DNA of 64,000 bases from an uncultured Planctomycetota bacterium (lineage in GTDB: Bacteria; Planctomycetota; PLA2; JAEUHO01): assembly GCA_963752285.1 (NCBI GenBank), contig CAVVXN010000005.1:1632001-1696000 (forward strand). The letters are read 5' to 3'. Under the pieces are notes generated by a model, which was not told where the DNA came from, searched no databases, and was given only the letters and a program-made list of their open reading frames with translations. The position numbers and the translations under genes are program-made. Of this stretch, positions 10,659-19,795 are shown piece after piece (within the stretch, counting starts at the first letter, position 1; the number at the start of each line of letters is the position of its first letter).

Positions 10659-11153
10659 TCACGGGCGGCCCGGCCGCTTCTCGCGCTCGTCCCGCCGGCG
10701 GCACGATCCCGAGTCTCGGAACTGGCGGCAGCGGACGTAGAGCGTCAGGTTGTGGCCCTCGATCTCGAAGCCCTCTTGCTCCGCGACCTTCTCCTGCTGG
10801 CGCTCGATCTCCTCGTTTCGGAACTCGATCACCGCGCGGCAGTCCACGCAGACCATGTGGTCGTGGTGTTCGCGCTTGAGCGCGCGCTCGTAGCGGCGCT
10901 GCCCGTCGGCGAAGTCGTGCCCTTCGAGGATCCCCGCCTCCTCGAGAAGGCGCAGGCCGCGGTACACGGTGGCCATCGAGACCGTCTCGCCTTCGTCGAT
11001 GAGGCGCTGGTAGAGGTCCTCGGCGGTGAAGTGCCCCTTCTGGTCGAGCGCCGCGCGAACCATCTGCCGGCGTTGGTCGGTCATCTTGAGACCGTCGGCC
11101 CGGAGGAACTGGCCGAACAGGCCCAGCGCGTGATCGAAGGTCGGGTCGGCCAT
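10659..11153 (-). CDS. fur: Fur family transcriptional regulator
   Basis: GLKMTDQRR, HFTAEDLY, SMATVYRGL, HHDHMVCVDC. Confidence 0.9.
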   Translation of the reverse strand: MADPTFDHALGLFGQFLRADGLKMTDQRRQMVRAALDQKGHFTAEDLYQRLIDEGETVSMATVYRGLRLLEEAGILEGHDFADGQRRYERALKREHHDHMVCVDCRAVIEFRNEEIERQQEKVAEQEGFEIEGHNLTLYVRCRQFRDSGSCRRRDEREKRPGRP

Positions 11154-11270
11154 TGCGGGCGGAAGATACCATCCGCGAGGCCTGATGGAGAATGAGAGTG
11201 AGAGGCGTTCCCGCCGTGGCCGGCGGCTCGCGACGGGTCGCGCGGGCCCGGATGAGGGCCCGGGTGGCCG

Positions 11271-11981
11271 CTACTTGATCGAGGCGATCACGTCGAGGGC
11301 CTTGGCGACCTCGGCCTGGATCCGGATCGGCGCGCGGACCACGAGGTAGCGGTCGGTCGCCCGGATCGTCCATCCCTCGGTGTCCCAGAGCTCCGTCGCG
11401 ACCATCGTCTTCACGAGCTCCATGACGGCGTCCCCGCTCGTCAGGGGATCGTCCTCCACCACCTTCTCGGGCTCGTACTCCTCGACGGGGGTGAAGTCGG
11501 ACGGGTGCAGGTTGATGTCGGGCCCGATGAAGTCCACCTTCGTGTACGTGATGTGGCTGATCGCGTGGAGGCGCGTCACGGGCTTCCCGTAGCTCGCGGC
11601 CTTGGTGGTGATCGTCACCAGGTTGTCGGTCACGACCGCGGCGAGGTCGTGGGGATCGAGGGCCAGGTGGAGGATCGTCGCGACGGTCACGTCGTCGAGC
11701 TCGGCCGTGAAGGTGACGTCGGCGGGCTCGACCCCGGCCTTCGAGAGCGCGGTCCGGTCGATCACGAAGTTCGAGCCGGTGGCGGTCCGGAGCCACTTGA
11801 GGAGGTCCTCGAGCGACACCGCCTGGAGCTTCACGTTCCTGAGCCGCTGCGTCCGGAGCTTGTGGACGAGGGCCGCGGCGCGCGCGGACGACGTCGCCTT
11901 GGCCGGCGGCGGGTCCCCGGCGAACGCCGGGGACGCGAGGAGGAGGGCGGTAAGGAGCAGGGCGAGGGACGTCGGGCGCAT
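11271..11981 (-). CDS. secreted protein with STN/secretin-N-like domains
   Basis: Signal peptide MRPTSLALLL...AFA; VSLEDLLKWLRTATGSNFVID...VATILHLAL; C-terminal LVVRAPIRIQAEVAKAL. Confidence 0.6.
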   Translation of the reverse strand: MRPTSLALLLTALLLASPAFAGDPPPAKATSSARAAALVHKLRTQRLRNVKLQAVSLEDLLKWLRTATGSNFVIDRTALSKAGVEPADVTFTAELDDVTVATILHLALDPHDLAAVVTDNLVTITTKAASYGKPVTRLHAISHITYTKVDFIGPDINLHPSDFTPVEEYEPEKVVEDDPLTSGDAVMELVKTMVATELWDTEGWTIRATDRYLVVRAPIRIQAEVAKALDVIASIK

Positions 11982-12043
11982 CGGAGGCCTCCGCATCCTG
12001 GGAACGTCGGCGGGCGCCCGCTGGCGCGCCCGGGACTCGCGGC

Positions 12044-13336
12044 TCAGCGCGCGCGCGACGCCGAGAGCGCGCGGTGCGCGATGTCGGTGCGGAACATCGC
12101 CCCCTCGAAGTCGATGCGCTGGACGCCCTCGTAGGCCCGGTCGCGCGCCTCGCGGAGGCCCGGGCCCCGGCCGGTGACGCAGAGCACCCGCCCGCCGGCG
12201 GTCACGACCCGGTCGCCCGCGCGGCGCGTCCCGGCGTGGAACACCTCGACCCCCTCCAGGCCCGCGGCCTCCTCGAGGCCCCGGATCGGCTTCCCGGCCT
12301 GGTACGCCCCCGGGTACCCCTGCGAGGCGATCACCACCCCCACGCACGGTTCCGGGTCCACGTCGAGGCCCTCGATCGACGCGAGCCTCCCCTCGGCCGC
12401 CGCGTAGAGGACCTCGAACAGGTCCGTCTCGAGGCGCGGCAGCACCACCTGGGCCTCGGGGTCGCCGAAGCGCACGTTGAACTCGAGCACGCGCGGTCCG
12501 CCCTTCGTGACCATGAGGCCCGCGTAGAGCACGCCGGCGAAGGGAGCGCCCTCCATCTTCATCCCGTGAATCGTGGGCACGAGGACCGTACGGATTACGC
12601 GGTCCATCAGGTCGCCCTCGACGACGGGCGCCGGGCTGTACGCGCCCATGCCGCCGGTGTTCGGCCCCGCATCCCCGTCGAGCGCGCGCTTGTGGTCCTG
12701 CGAGGAGGGCAGGACGAGGATCGTGTCGCCGTCGGTGATGGCGTGGATCGAGGCTTCCTCCCCGCGGAGGTACTCCTCCACCACCACCCGCGCGCCCGCG
12801 TCGCCGAACCGGCGCGCCGACATCGACTCGTCGAGCGCCGCGAGCGCCTGGTGCAGATCCTCGCAGATCGCGACGCCTTTCCCGGCCGCGAGCCCGTCGG
12901 CTTTCACCACGAGCGGGAAGACCTCGCTCTGGCGCACGTACGCGCGCGCCTCGTCGGCGTCGGTGAACGAACGCCACGCCGCGGTGGGCACGTTGTTCCT
13001 CACCATCATCTGCTTCGCGAACGCCTTGCTGCCCTCGAGGCGCGCGGCCGCGCGGGTCGGCCCGAAGATGACGAGGCCGTCGTCGCGGAACAGGTCCACG
13101 ATGCCCTGGACGAGGGGCGCCTCGGGGCCCACGACCGTCAGGTCCACCTTCTCCTCGCGGGCCCAGCGCCGGAGGCCCTCGACGTCGCTCGTGAGCAGGT
13201 CCGCGCGACATCGCGCCACCGCCTCCATGCCGCCGTTCCCCGGCGCGGCGAGGACCTCGTCGACGCGGGGGCTCTTCGCGAGCGTCGCGGCAAGCGCGTG
13301 CTCGCGGCCCCCGCCCCCCACGACCAGCACCTTCAT
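12044..13336 (-). CDS. purD: phosphoribosylamine--glycine ligase
   Basis: MKVLVVGGGGREHAL, VVKADGLAAGKGV, QDHKR...GPNTGGMGAYSP, LEFNVRFGDPE. Confidence 0.97.
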   Translation of the reverse strand: MKVLVVGGGGREHALAATLAKSPRVDEVLAAPGNGGMEAVARCRADLLTSDVEGLRRWAREEKVDLTVVGPEAPLVQGIVDLFRDDGLVIFGPTRAAARLEGSKAFAKQMMVRNNVPTAAWRSFTDADEARAYVRQSEVFPLVVKADGLAAGKGVAICEDLHQALAALDESMSARRFGDAGARVVVEEYLRGEEASIHAITDGDTILVLPSSQDHKRALDGDAGPNTGGMGAYSPAPVVEGDLMDRVIRTVLVPTIHGMKMEGAPFAGVLYAGLMVTKGGPRVLEFNVRFGDPEAQVVLPRLETDLFEVLYAAAEGRLASIEGLDVDPEPCVGVVIASQGYPGAYQAGKPIRGLEEAAGLEGVEVFHAGTRRAGDRVVTAGGRVLCVTGRGPGLREARDRAYEGVQRIDFEGAMFRTDIAHRALSASRAR

Positions 13337-13673
13337 GACGGCTCCTCGGGGCGATGTCCGGCGGCGCTCTCGTACCACGCGGGGGCCCGGCCGGCGAACG
13401 GATCGGGCGGGGCCCCTCCACCGTGCGCTCGACGATCCGTGACCCGTACGTGACATCCGAGGCCCGCGAGAGGCCCCCGAGAGCGCGCTCCGGGCGTCTG
13501 CGGGGCCGTTCCAGGGTCCGTCCCCCCCCGGTGTCACCCGATACGTAGCGATGGGCCCTCGCTCCTTGGAGGGGAGTGCCGTCCGCGGTACCCTCGCCCG
13601 GGGTCAGGCCCCAAGGAGGCATGTCTAGACCCAGCGCCCCCGGCGAATGGGTCGATTGGGAGGTTCTCGATCC

Positions 13674-13880
13674 ATGAGGAAGTTCGTCGTCCTGCTGGCG
13701 CTGGTCGTCGCGGTCGGCACGATGGTTGGCTGCTCCAGCCCGTGCAACCCCTGCCAGCCCTGTCAGCCCTGTGTCGCCGCTCCCGTCTACCAGAGCCCGT
13801 GCTGCCCCGCTCCGAGCGGTGCGGTCGATGGCGCCTGGGGGATGGCCGCGCCGATGGCGCCCGCCGGTGGGGGCTACTAG
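13674..13880 (+). CDS. small Cys/Pro-rich lipoprotein 1 (68 aa)
   Basis: GGAGG RBS; MRKFVVLLALVVAVGTMVG|CSSPCNPCQPCQPCVAAPVYQSPCCP...GGGY; lipobox; terminator follows. Confidence 0.85.
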   Translation: MRKFVVLLALVVAVGTMVGCSSPCNPCQPCQPCVAAPVYQSPCCPAPSGAVDGAWGMAAPMAPAGGGY

Positions 13881-13948
13881 GACTCGTACCGCTACGAGCA
13901 CGTAGGGTCGTCCCGCGCGACGAGTGCGGGAGGACCCGGACATCCGAG

Positions 13949-13985
13949 ACGCACGGCGATCGAGATCGCCGTGCGTTTCTCTTTT
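13949..13985 (+). terminator. intrinsic terminator after lipoprotein 1
   Basis: ACGCACGGCGAT-CGAG-ATCGCCGTGCGT followed by TTCTCTTTT. Confidence 0.8.
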
Positions 13986-14174
13986 TCGGCCGCATCTCGT
14001 GTTCGTGGGCGGGGATCACGGCGCCACACGGGCCCGGCCCGACGTAGCGCCGCGCGCGGGGCACGCGCCGCCACCCGCCGGCCCGCGCCGGTCGTGGACC
14101 GCGCGCTTGGCAGCCGCCGCGCGACCTCCTACGATCGCGCGGCGACGCGCGGTTCGCGTCGGGAGGACGAAGGC

Positions 14175-14441
14175 ATGCGGCCGCGAACGATCCTCGGCGT
14201 GGTGCTCGCGCTCCTCTTCGTCGCCGGCGCCCTGGGCCTCTCCGGCTGCTGCGTCGAGCCGGCGGACTGTCTCTGTCCGGGCGACCCGTGCCAGGAGGGT
14301 GCGGCGCCGTGCGACCCGTGTCGGAACGGCGGCGAGAAGCGGTTCTGGACGCCGATCCACCGCGTGTCCTGTTGCTGGTGGCAGCCCGTACCGTGCCCGT
14401 GCGCGGACCCCGCCCCACTCCCCTCGGCCTGCGCGCCGTAG
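14175..14441 (+). CDS. small Cys/Pro-rich lipoprotein 2 (88 aa, OmcA-like Cys pattern)
   Basis: GGAGG RBS; MRPRTILGVVLALLFVAGALGLSG|CCVEPADCLCPGDPC...PCDPC...SCCWWQPVPCPC; 12 Cys. Confidence 0.8.
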   Translation: MRPRTILGVVLALLFVAGALGLSGCCVEPADCLCPGDPCQEGAAPCDPCRNGGEKRFWTPIHRVSCCWWQPVPCPCADPAPLPSACAP

Positions 14442-14599
14442 CGGCACCGAATTCGCCGGGGACACGCGTCGTGACCCACGGGTGACCCGGGAGGGCATCC
14501 TGGGGGCGTACCGGGACTCGTGCTCGCGGCGTCCCCGGGGACCGTGGCCGTCGTCCCGTTCAACCGGGGCCGGGGCCCTCGACGTCGGGACGGAGGACC

Positions 14600-14761
14600 A
14601 TGAAGAAGCTGACCCTCTGGCTGCTTGCGGCCGCTCTCCTGGGGCTCGGGGCCGCCTGCAGCTCCCCCTGCAACACCCCCAATCCCTGCAACACACCCAA
14701 CCCCTGCAACACGCCGAACCCCTGCAACACCCCGAATCCGTGCAACCCCTGCGGGCGCTAG
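14600..14761 (+). CDS. small Cys/Pro-rich lipoprotein 3 (53 aa; not in the ORF track)
   Basis: GGAGG RBS; MKKLTLWLLAAALLGLGAA|CSSP(CNTPNP)x4CNPCGR; repeat units differ only at synonymous positions. Confidence 0.88.
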   Translation: MKKLTLWLLAAALLGLGAACSSPCNTPNPCNTPNPCNTPNPCNTPNPCNPCGR

Positions 14762-14950
14762 GCCCCCGCGGAGCGCGTAGCCTCGTCTGCTTGTGGTCAG
14801 GAGGAGGATCGGCGGTCCGGGATCCAGGTCTTGGAGAACGGTCCCGCTCGGCCTATTCTCTTGGCTCGGAGGTTGGGCGCCGCCTTCAGGCGTCGGTCTG
14901 CAGACGTCACGGCCGGGCCCATGTACGTTCATCCTAGGAGGTACATCCCC

Positions 14951-15238
14951 ATGCTTCGCAAGCTCGTGATCGTGGCCGCGCTGGTCGGCTGCGTCGGCTT
15001 GGTGGCCTGCTCGTCGCCGTGCAGTCCGTGTAACCAGCCGAACCCCTGCAACAACCCGTGCAGCAGTCCCTGCAACCAGCCGAACCCCTGCAACACCTGC
15101 AGCCCCTGCAACCAGCCGAACCCGTGCAACCAGCCGAACCCCTGCGCGTCGCCGTGCGCCACCCCGTGCGCGCCGGCTCCGTGCGCCCCGCCGCCCTGCG
15201 CGCCGCCCCCGGCGCCCTGCGCGGCTCCCGGCTACTAG
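14951..15238 (+). CDS. small Cys/Pro-rich lipoprotein 4 (95 aa)
   Basis: [42 protein letters not shown]...[13 protein letters not shown]; 16 Cys in the 76-aa mature part. Confidence 0.88.
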   Translation: MLRKLVIVAALVGCVGLVACSSPCSPCNQPNPCNNPCSSPCNQPNPCNTCSPCNQPNPCNQPNPCASPCATPCAPAPCAPPPCAPPPAPCAAPGY

Positions 15239-15263
15239 CTCGCGGTCGGCACAGAGGCTGAGT

Positions 15264-15336
15264 GGGAACCGCCCGGACCCGGGCGGTTCTCTTCCCCAGG
15301 GAAGGTCGTGGTCGAGGGCACCACGGCCTTCCCTTC
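15264..15336. terminator. two consecutive hairpins between lipoprotein 4 and the convergent tRNA-Pro
   Basis: GAACCGCCCGG/CCGGGCGGTTC followed by TCTT, and GGGAAGGTCGTGGT/ACCACGGCCTTCCC followed by TT. Confidence 0.65.
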
Positions 15337-15457
15337 GCTTTGCGTGGGCGCGCGGACGTCGATCGCGTCACGCGCGTTCGTCCGCGGCGCCGGGCCTCCG
15401 ACGCGCGAGGGCCCGCGACGCCGCAGCGTCCGTGAACGGGCGCGCGCGGGCGGAAGT

Positions 15458-15532
15458 TGGTCGGGGAGATGGGATTCGAACCCACGACTGGCAGCTCCCA
15501 AAGCTGCCCCTCTACCACTGAGGTACTCCCCG
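15458..15532 (-). tRNA. tRNA-Pro(TGG)
   Basis: CGGGGAGTACCTCAGTGGTAGAGGGGCAGCTTTGGGAGCTGCCAGTCGTGGGTTCGAATCCCATCTCCCCGACCA. Confidence 0.96.
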
Positions 15533-15645
15533 AGCCGGTCGTCTCGGTTGGCGCCCAAAGGCGCGCCGCGGCGAAGGGTACCACCTACCGGTAGACGCCC
15601 CAAGCGAGCCGGTACGACGTACGGGCCCGCGCTTCGCCGCGCGCG

Positions 15646-17406
15646 CTACCCGCCGGTGGTCGGGCGGTCGGGCGTGCTGCCCGGCTTCGGTCCCGCCGCG
15701 GGACGAGGCGGCGGCTTGGGAGGCGTGGGCGCCGGTCCGTGTCCGCCCTTCCCGTTGGGCTTCTTCGCCGTCGCCTCTTCGAGGACCTCTACGTCCACGT
15801 CGAAAGTGTAGAGCCGCTGGCGTTCGAGCAGAAGCTCCCACGGCGTGCCGCCGTAGCGGGACCGGAGCCGCATGCGCCTCAGCCACAGCTCGGCGAGCGC
15901 GAGGTTTCGCTCGCGGTCGTCGAGGTCCCGCGCCTCGGGCCGCCGCTCGAACCCCTCGGCGATCAGGCGGGGAACGAGCCGCGCTCGCCGGTAGGTGACG
16001 TGGAGCGGCTTGATGCGGCGGAGCGCGGCGACGCGCTCGAGCCAGTGGAAGCGGACCTGCTGGAGCAGGGTGCCGAGCAGCTGGAAGTCGGCCTCGACGC
16101 GTTCGGAGAGCGGGTCCTGACGATCGGAGGGCGTCCGGGCGCGGCCGTCCACCTCGGCCCACCACTGGAGGGCCTGGTTCACGCGCTCGAGCCGGGCGGT
16201 GGCGTGGGCGATCGCCCGGCGCACGTCGTCCATCTCCTCGTACCAGACGGTCAGCGGCTGGAGCGAGCGCACGGGTCGCTGCGGGCGGAGACCGAGGCCG
16301 CCGCCCACCATCTCGAGCGAGCCGAGCGTCTGGAGCACGGGGCACGCCTCGTCCGCCAGATGCTCCCAGATCCGCACGATCACGCGCGCGCGCGCGTCCT
16401 TGTCGAGGTCCTTCAGGACGCGCGCGCGGGGGCGCAGGTCGGGCGCGAAGCGCGCAAGTCGCCCCGGGTCGTACACGGGCGACGCCTGCCTCTTCGCAGC
16501 CGAGCCGGTCGCGGAGAAGTCGGTGACGAAGTAGCGTCCGCCGGTGCTGAACGCGAGCGACGCGGGCGCCCAGTAGCCGAATCCGGACGGCACCGGGTAG
16601 CGCGGCGGGCGCTGCCACAGGAACTCGAGCTGCGCGAGGTCGAGCTCCCAACCGTACGGGACCAGGCCGAGCGCGACGTCGCCGTCGTAGAAGAGCGAGT
16701 CGTGATCGCCCGAGCCCGGCTCCGGTTCGAAGCGCTCGACGAGTCCGAGGGCGGGCACGTTCCTCGGCACGAACGTCTCCTGCCACGCCCGCTCGAACCC
16801 CGCCTCGGGCGCGATCGCGTAGAACGCGACGCCCCCGTCGAGGAGCGCCTCCCGTGTCGCCTCGACGTCGTCCTCGGCGTCGCCCCCGTCTGCCGTCACG
16901 AGGCAGATCGCGAGGGGACCGCGGGTGCGCCGGAGCTCGGCCGCGGCGTCGCGCGTGGCGCGGAGCAGGTTCTTCGTGCCGGGCACGGGGATCGCCGCCA
17001 GGGCCTCGAGGGCGACCCGGGCCCGAGCGGGGTCGGGATCCGGGCGGAGCCGGTCCGCGCCGCAGCCGAGCACCCCGATGGCGAGCCCCGGAGGGCCCTC
17101 CGCCGCGACGCTCTCGATCGCGGCCGCGAGCTGCTTCAGGCGCGGAACGAGCGAGGGCGTCGGGTCGATCACGAGCATCAGCGCGCCGGCGCCGGCCTCG
17201 GGCCGCGCCTCGGCGCGGAGCGCGAGGTCCCGCGCCACGAACCGGACCGCGTCCCGGAAGTCGCGCCCGCGCTCGTACACCTCGGCCGGTGTGCGTGCCT
17301 CCGTGGCGACGCCGCCCTCGGCGCCCGGAGGTGGGGTGAGCCCCGCGAGGAGGAGCGCCGCCGCGAGGGCGAAGGACGGGCGGAGGAGGAGCCGGGGCCG
17401 CGGCAC
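15646..17406 (-). CDS. secreted vWA-like domain protein
   Basis: Signal peptide; LMLVIDPTPSL (degenerate MIDAS), ICLVTADGGD, LAFSTGGRYF; Pro-rich tail. Confidence 0.6.
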   Translation of the reverse strand: MPRPRLLLRPSFALAAALLLAGLTPPPGAEGGVATEARTPAEVYERGRDFRDAVRFVARDLALRAEARPEAGAGALMLVIDPTPSLVPRLKQLAAAIESVAAEGPPGLAIGVLGCGADRLRPDPDPARARVALEALAAIPVPGTKNLLRATRDAAAELRRTRGPLAICLVTADGGDAEDDVEATREALLDGGVAFYAIAPEAGFERAWQETFVPRNVPALGLVERFEPEPGSGDHDSLFYDGDVALGLVPYGWELDLAQLEFLWQRPPRYPVPSGFGYWAPASLAFSTGGRYFVTDFSATGSAAKRQASPVYDPGRLARFAPDLRPRARVLKDLDKDARARVIVRIWEHLADEACPVLQTLGSLEMVGGGLGLRPQRPVRSLQPLTVWYEEMDDVRRAIAHATARLERVNQALQWWAEVDGRARTPSDRQDPLSERVEADFQLLGTLLQQVRFHWLERVAALRRIKPLHVTYRRARLVPRLIAEGFERRPEARDLDDRERNLALAELWLRRMRLRSRYGGTPWELLLERQRLYTFDVDVEVLEEATAKKPNGKGGHGPAPTPPKPPPRPAAGPKPGSTPDRPTTGG

Positions 17407-17568
17407 GGTCCCTCACTCTACCCGCGGGGCGCCGAGCCGCGGGGGCCGCGAGCCCGGCCCTCGGCGCTCGATCCGTCTCCGAGGCGCGACCCGGACGGGC
17501 GGCCCGGGCCCGATACGATCTCGGGTCGAGCGGCGCGTTCCTCTCGATGCGCGCCCGGAAGGAGACCG

Positions 17569-18633
17569 ATGCGGCGCCCCGTCTTCCTCTCGTCCCTGGC
17601 CCTCGCCGCCCTCGCCACCGGTCTTTGGGGCTGCGGCTCCAAGGACGACGCGCCCCTGCCGGAGGAGCTCTGGTGCTATCCGGTGTCGGCCATCATCATC
17701 AAGCGGAACGACCAACAGCCGTTCGAGGCGATCGTGCGTGCGAACAAGCTCTTCCTCGAGGCGAAGAGCGGGCGGTCGTTCGCGGACCTCGCCCGCCGGA
17801 ACAGCGACGACCCCGAGTCCGCTGCGGTCGGCGGGTTCCTGGGCTTCATGCGCCCCGCCGACGACGAAATCGTTGCCGGCGCGATCCAGGCGCTGGCGCC
17901 CGGCGTGGTCGGAGGCCCCGTTCGGACGCAACGTGCGATCGAGATCATGCTGCGCCACACCTTCGACGAGGGGCGGGAGATCGAGGCGCGGTCCACCGTC
18001 GCTGCGTACGGATTCCTCGTCCCCTGGAAGGGATCGGCGAAGGAAGCGGAGCGGACGAAGGAGGAGGCGAGACAGCTCGCCGAGTCGTTGCTCGCCGACG
18101 TGACGTCGGGCAAGAAGACCGTCGAGGACGCCGCACGCTCGGTGCTCGGCGACCGCGACGTGAAGCCGGCGGCGTACATCGGGCTGATCCGCGACGCGGA
18201 GCCGATGAAGGGCTTCTACGAGGCGCTGCGGGCCGTCCCCGTGGGCGGCTACATCCCAGTCGCCGACTACCCCGGCGGGTACTCCGTGGTGAAGCGTGGC
18301 CCGCTCGTGCGCTGCATCCTCCGGGAGATCCTGATCCAGCACGTCGAGAGCCCCTCGCGCAAGCTCAGCATCCGACGCACGAAGGCGGAGGCGAAGGAGC
18401 TCGCGGAGAAGGTCCTGTCGGAGTGCCACCGGGACGGTTCGAACTGGCCCGAGATGGTGCGTCGCTACCACGACGATCCCGGCCTCGCAGCGATCGACGG
18501 CTCGGTCGGCGTCGTGTCGAACGACCTCCCGCCGCCGATGGTGGACGTGCTGGTGGACACGCCGCCCGGCGAGGTCGCCTCGCGTCTGGCCGAGACGCCC
18601 GAGGGCTACCACATCCTCTACAAGGTGAAGTGA
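17569..18633 (+). CDS. parvulin (PpiC)-type peptidyl-prolyl isomerase lipoprotein with repeated PPIase domains
   Basis: AAGGAG RBS; lipobox LWGC; SFADLARRNSDDPESAAVGGFLG; EILIQH...RTKAEAKELAE; ETPEGYHIL. Confidence 0.8.
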   Translation: MRRPVFLSSLALAALATGLWGCGSKDDAPLPEELWCYPVSAIIIKRNDQQPFEAIVRANKLFLEAKSGRSFADLARRNSDDPESAAVGGFLGFMRPADDEIVAGAIQALAPGVVGGPVRTQRAIEIMLRHTFDEGREIEARSTVAAYGFLVPWKGSAKEAERTKEEARQLAESLLADVTSGKKTVEDAARSVLGDRDVKPAAYIGLIRDAEPMKGFYEALRAVPVGGYIPVADYPGGYSVVKRGPLVRCILREILIQHVESPSRKLSIRRTKAEAKELAEKVLSECHRDGSNWPEMVRRYHDDPGLAAIDGSVGVVSNDLPPPMVDVLVDTPPGEVASRLAETPEGYHILYKVK

Positions 18634-18700
18634 GCGGCGCGGCGCGGCGCGGCGCGGCGCGGCCAGAGCCTTGCTCCCGCTATACTGCGCCCGAGTCCAC

Positions 18701-18777
18701 GCCCCGGTAGCTCAGCCGGATAGAGCATCGGATTTCTAATCCGACGGTCGGGGGTTCGAGTCCCTCCCGGGGCGCCA
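18701..18777 (+). tRNA. tRNA-Arg(TCT)
   Basis: GCCCCGGTAGCTCAGCCGGATAGAGCATCGGATTTCTAATCCGACGGTCGGGGGTTCGAGTCCCTCCCGGGGCGCCA; TATACT -10 at 18681. Confidence 0.97.
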
Positions 18778-18856
18778 CCGCATCCTCTCGCGTGCGGCGA
18801 CGGGCCCGTCTTCGGGTTGGCGGTGCGGACGTCGGGCGTCGCGAGGAGGGTCCCCC

Positions 18857-19660
18857 ATGAAGCGTCTCGTTCGGTTCGGCCTCCTGTCGATCGCGATCGG
18901 CGGCGCGTTCGCGTCCGGGCTGGGCCTCGGCGGCGCGCGCGCCGCCCCGCTCCAGGCGAGCGCGGCGCTCCAGGCGTTCGCGCTCAAGGTGAAGACGGTC
19001 CGCGAGGACGTGGACGCGACGAACAAGGCCGTCCAGGAGGCGACCGCCGCCCGCGATTGGAACGCGTGGTGGCGCACGCACGACGCGTACGTCGTCCGGC
19101 TCCGCCGCGCCGAGGACGAGATCGAGCGGGCGAGCGGCGCGCTCTTCGCCGAGACGCTCGCCGGCGGCGGCACGCTGGACCGCGCGACGTTCGAGGCCGT
19201 GGACCTCGCCGCCACCGAGGCCGCGAACTACGAGCGGCACCGCGTGATCGTCTGGGCCTACGCGTACCTCGCGCGAAACGCCGTGCCCCCCGAGAGACGC
19301 GGCGAGGCGCTGGCGCTGCTCGCGCGTCAGGGCGTCTACCAACCGAGCGCCGGGGCGGCGGGGACGGAGATCGCGCCCCGACCGGGGCCGGATCTGCTCG
19401 ACGCCCCGATGACGGGACGGGTGCCGGGGTCCCCCGAGGCGGCCGACTACCTGAGCCGATGGCAGACGGCTGCGATGCAGGCCGGCGCGAGCGCGCAGCG
19501 GGTCGCAGGGCTCGAGCGCGACCTGGCGACGACCCCCGCGGCCAGTCCGGTCCGACCCCTGGTCGAGGAGCGGCTCAAGGCCGCGCGCGCGCAGTACGGC
19601 GTCTCGGTCCGCGAGGCCCAGGGCTGGCGGGAGAAGTACTTCCGCGCCGGTGGACGGTAG
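18857..19660 (+). CDS. hypothetical secreted helical protein
   Basis: GAGGAGG RBS, signal peptide ending ARA, coding-like codon usage. Confidence 0.65.
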   Translation: MKRLVRFGLLSIAIGGAFASGLGLGGARAAPLQASAALQAFALKVKTVREDVDATNKAVQEATAARDWNAWWRTHDAYVVRLRRAEDEIERASGALFAETLAGGGTLDRATFEAVDLAATEAANYERHRVIVWAYAYLARNAVPPERRGEALALLARQGVYQPSAGAAGTEIAPRPGPDLLDAPMTGRVPGSPEAADYLSRWQTAAMQAGASAQRVAGLERDLATTPAASPVRPLVEERLKAARAQYGVSVREAQGWREKYFRAGGR

Positions 19661-19795
19661 CCCGGCGCGCGGTCCGGCCACGCGGCCGACGGGACGCCGT
19701 ACGGACCGCGGCGGCCGGACCCAGGGCCGGGGCGCGGGGAGGGCTCCCGTACAATCCGACGGTCCCGCGCGGACGACGGCGCGGCGGCCCCCGCA

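Noticed and set aside
13674..15238. RiPP (ranthipeptide or lanthipeptide) precursors or cytoplasmic metallothioneins
   Set aside because: All four have signal peptides with lipoboxes, and no radical SAM, dehydratase or peptidase-transporter gene is adjacent
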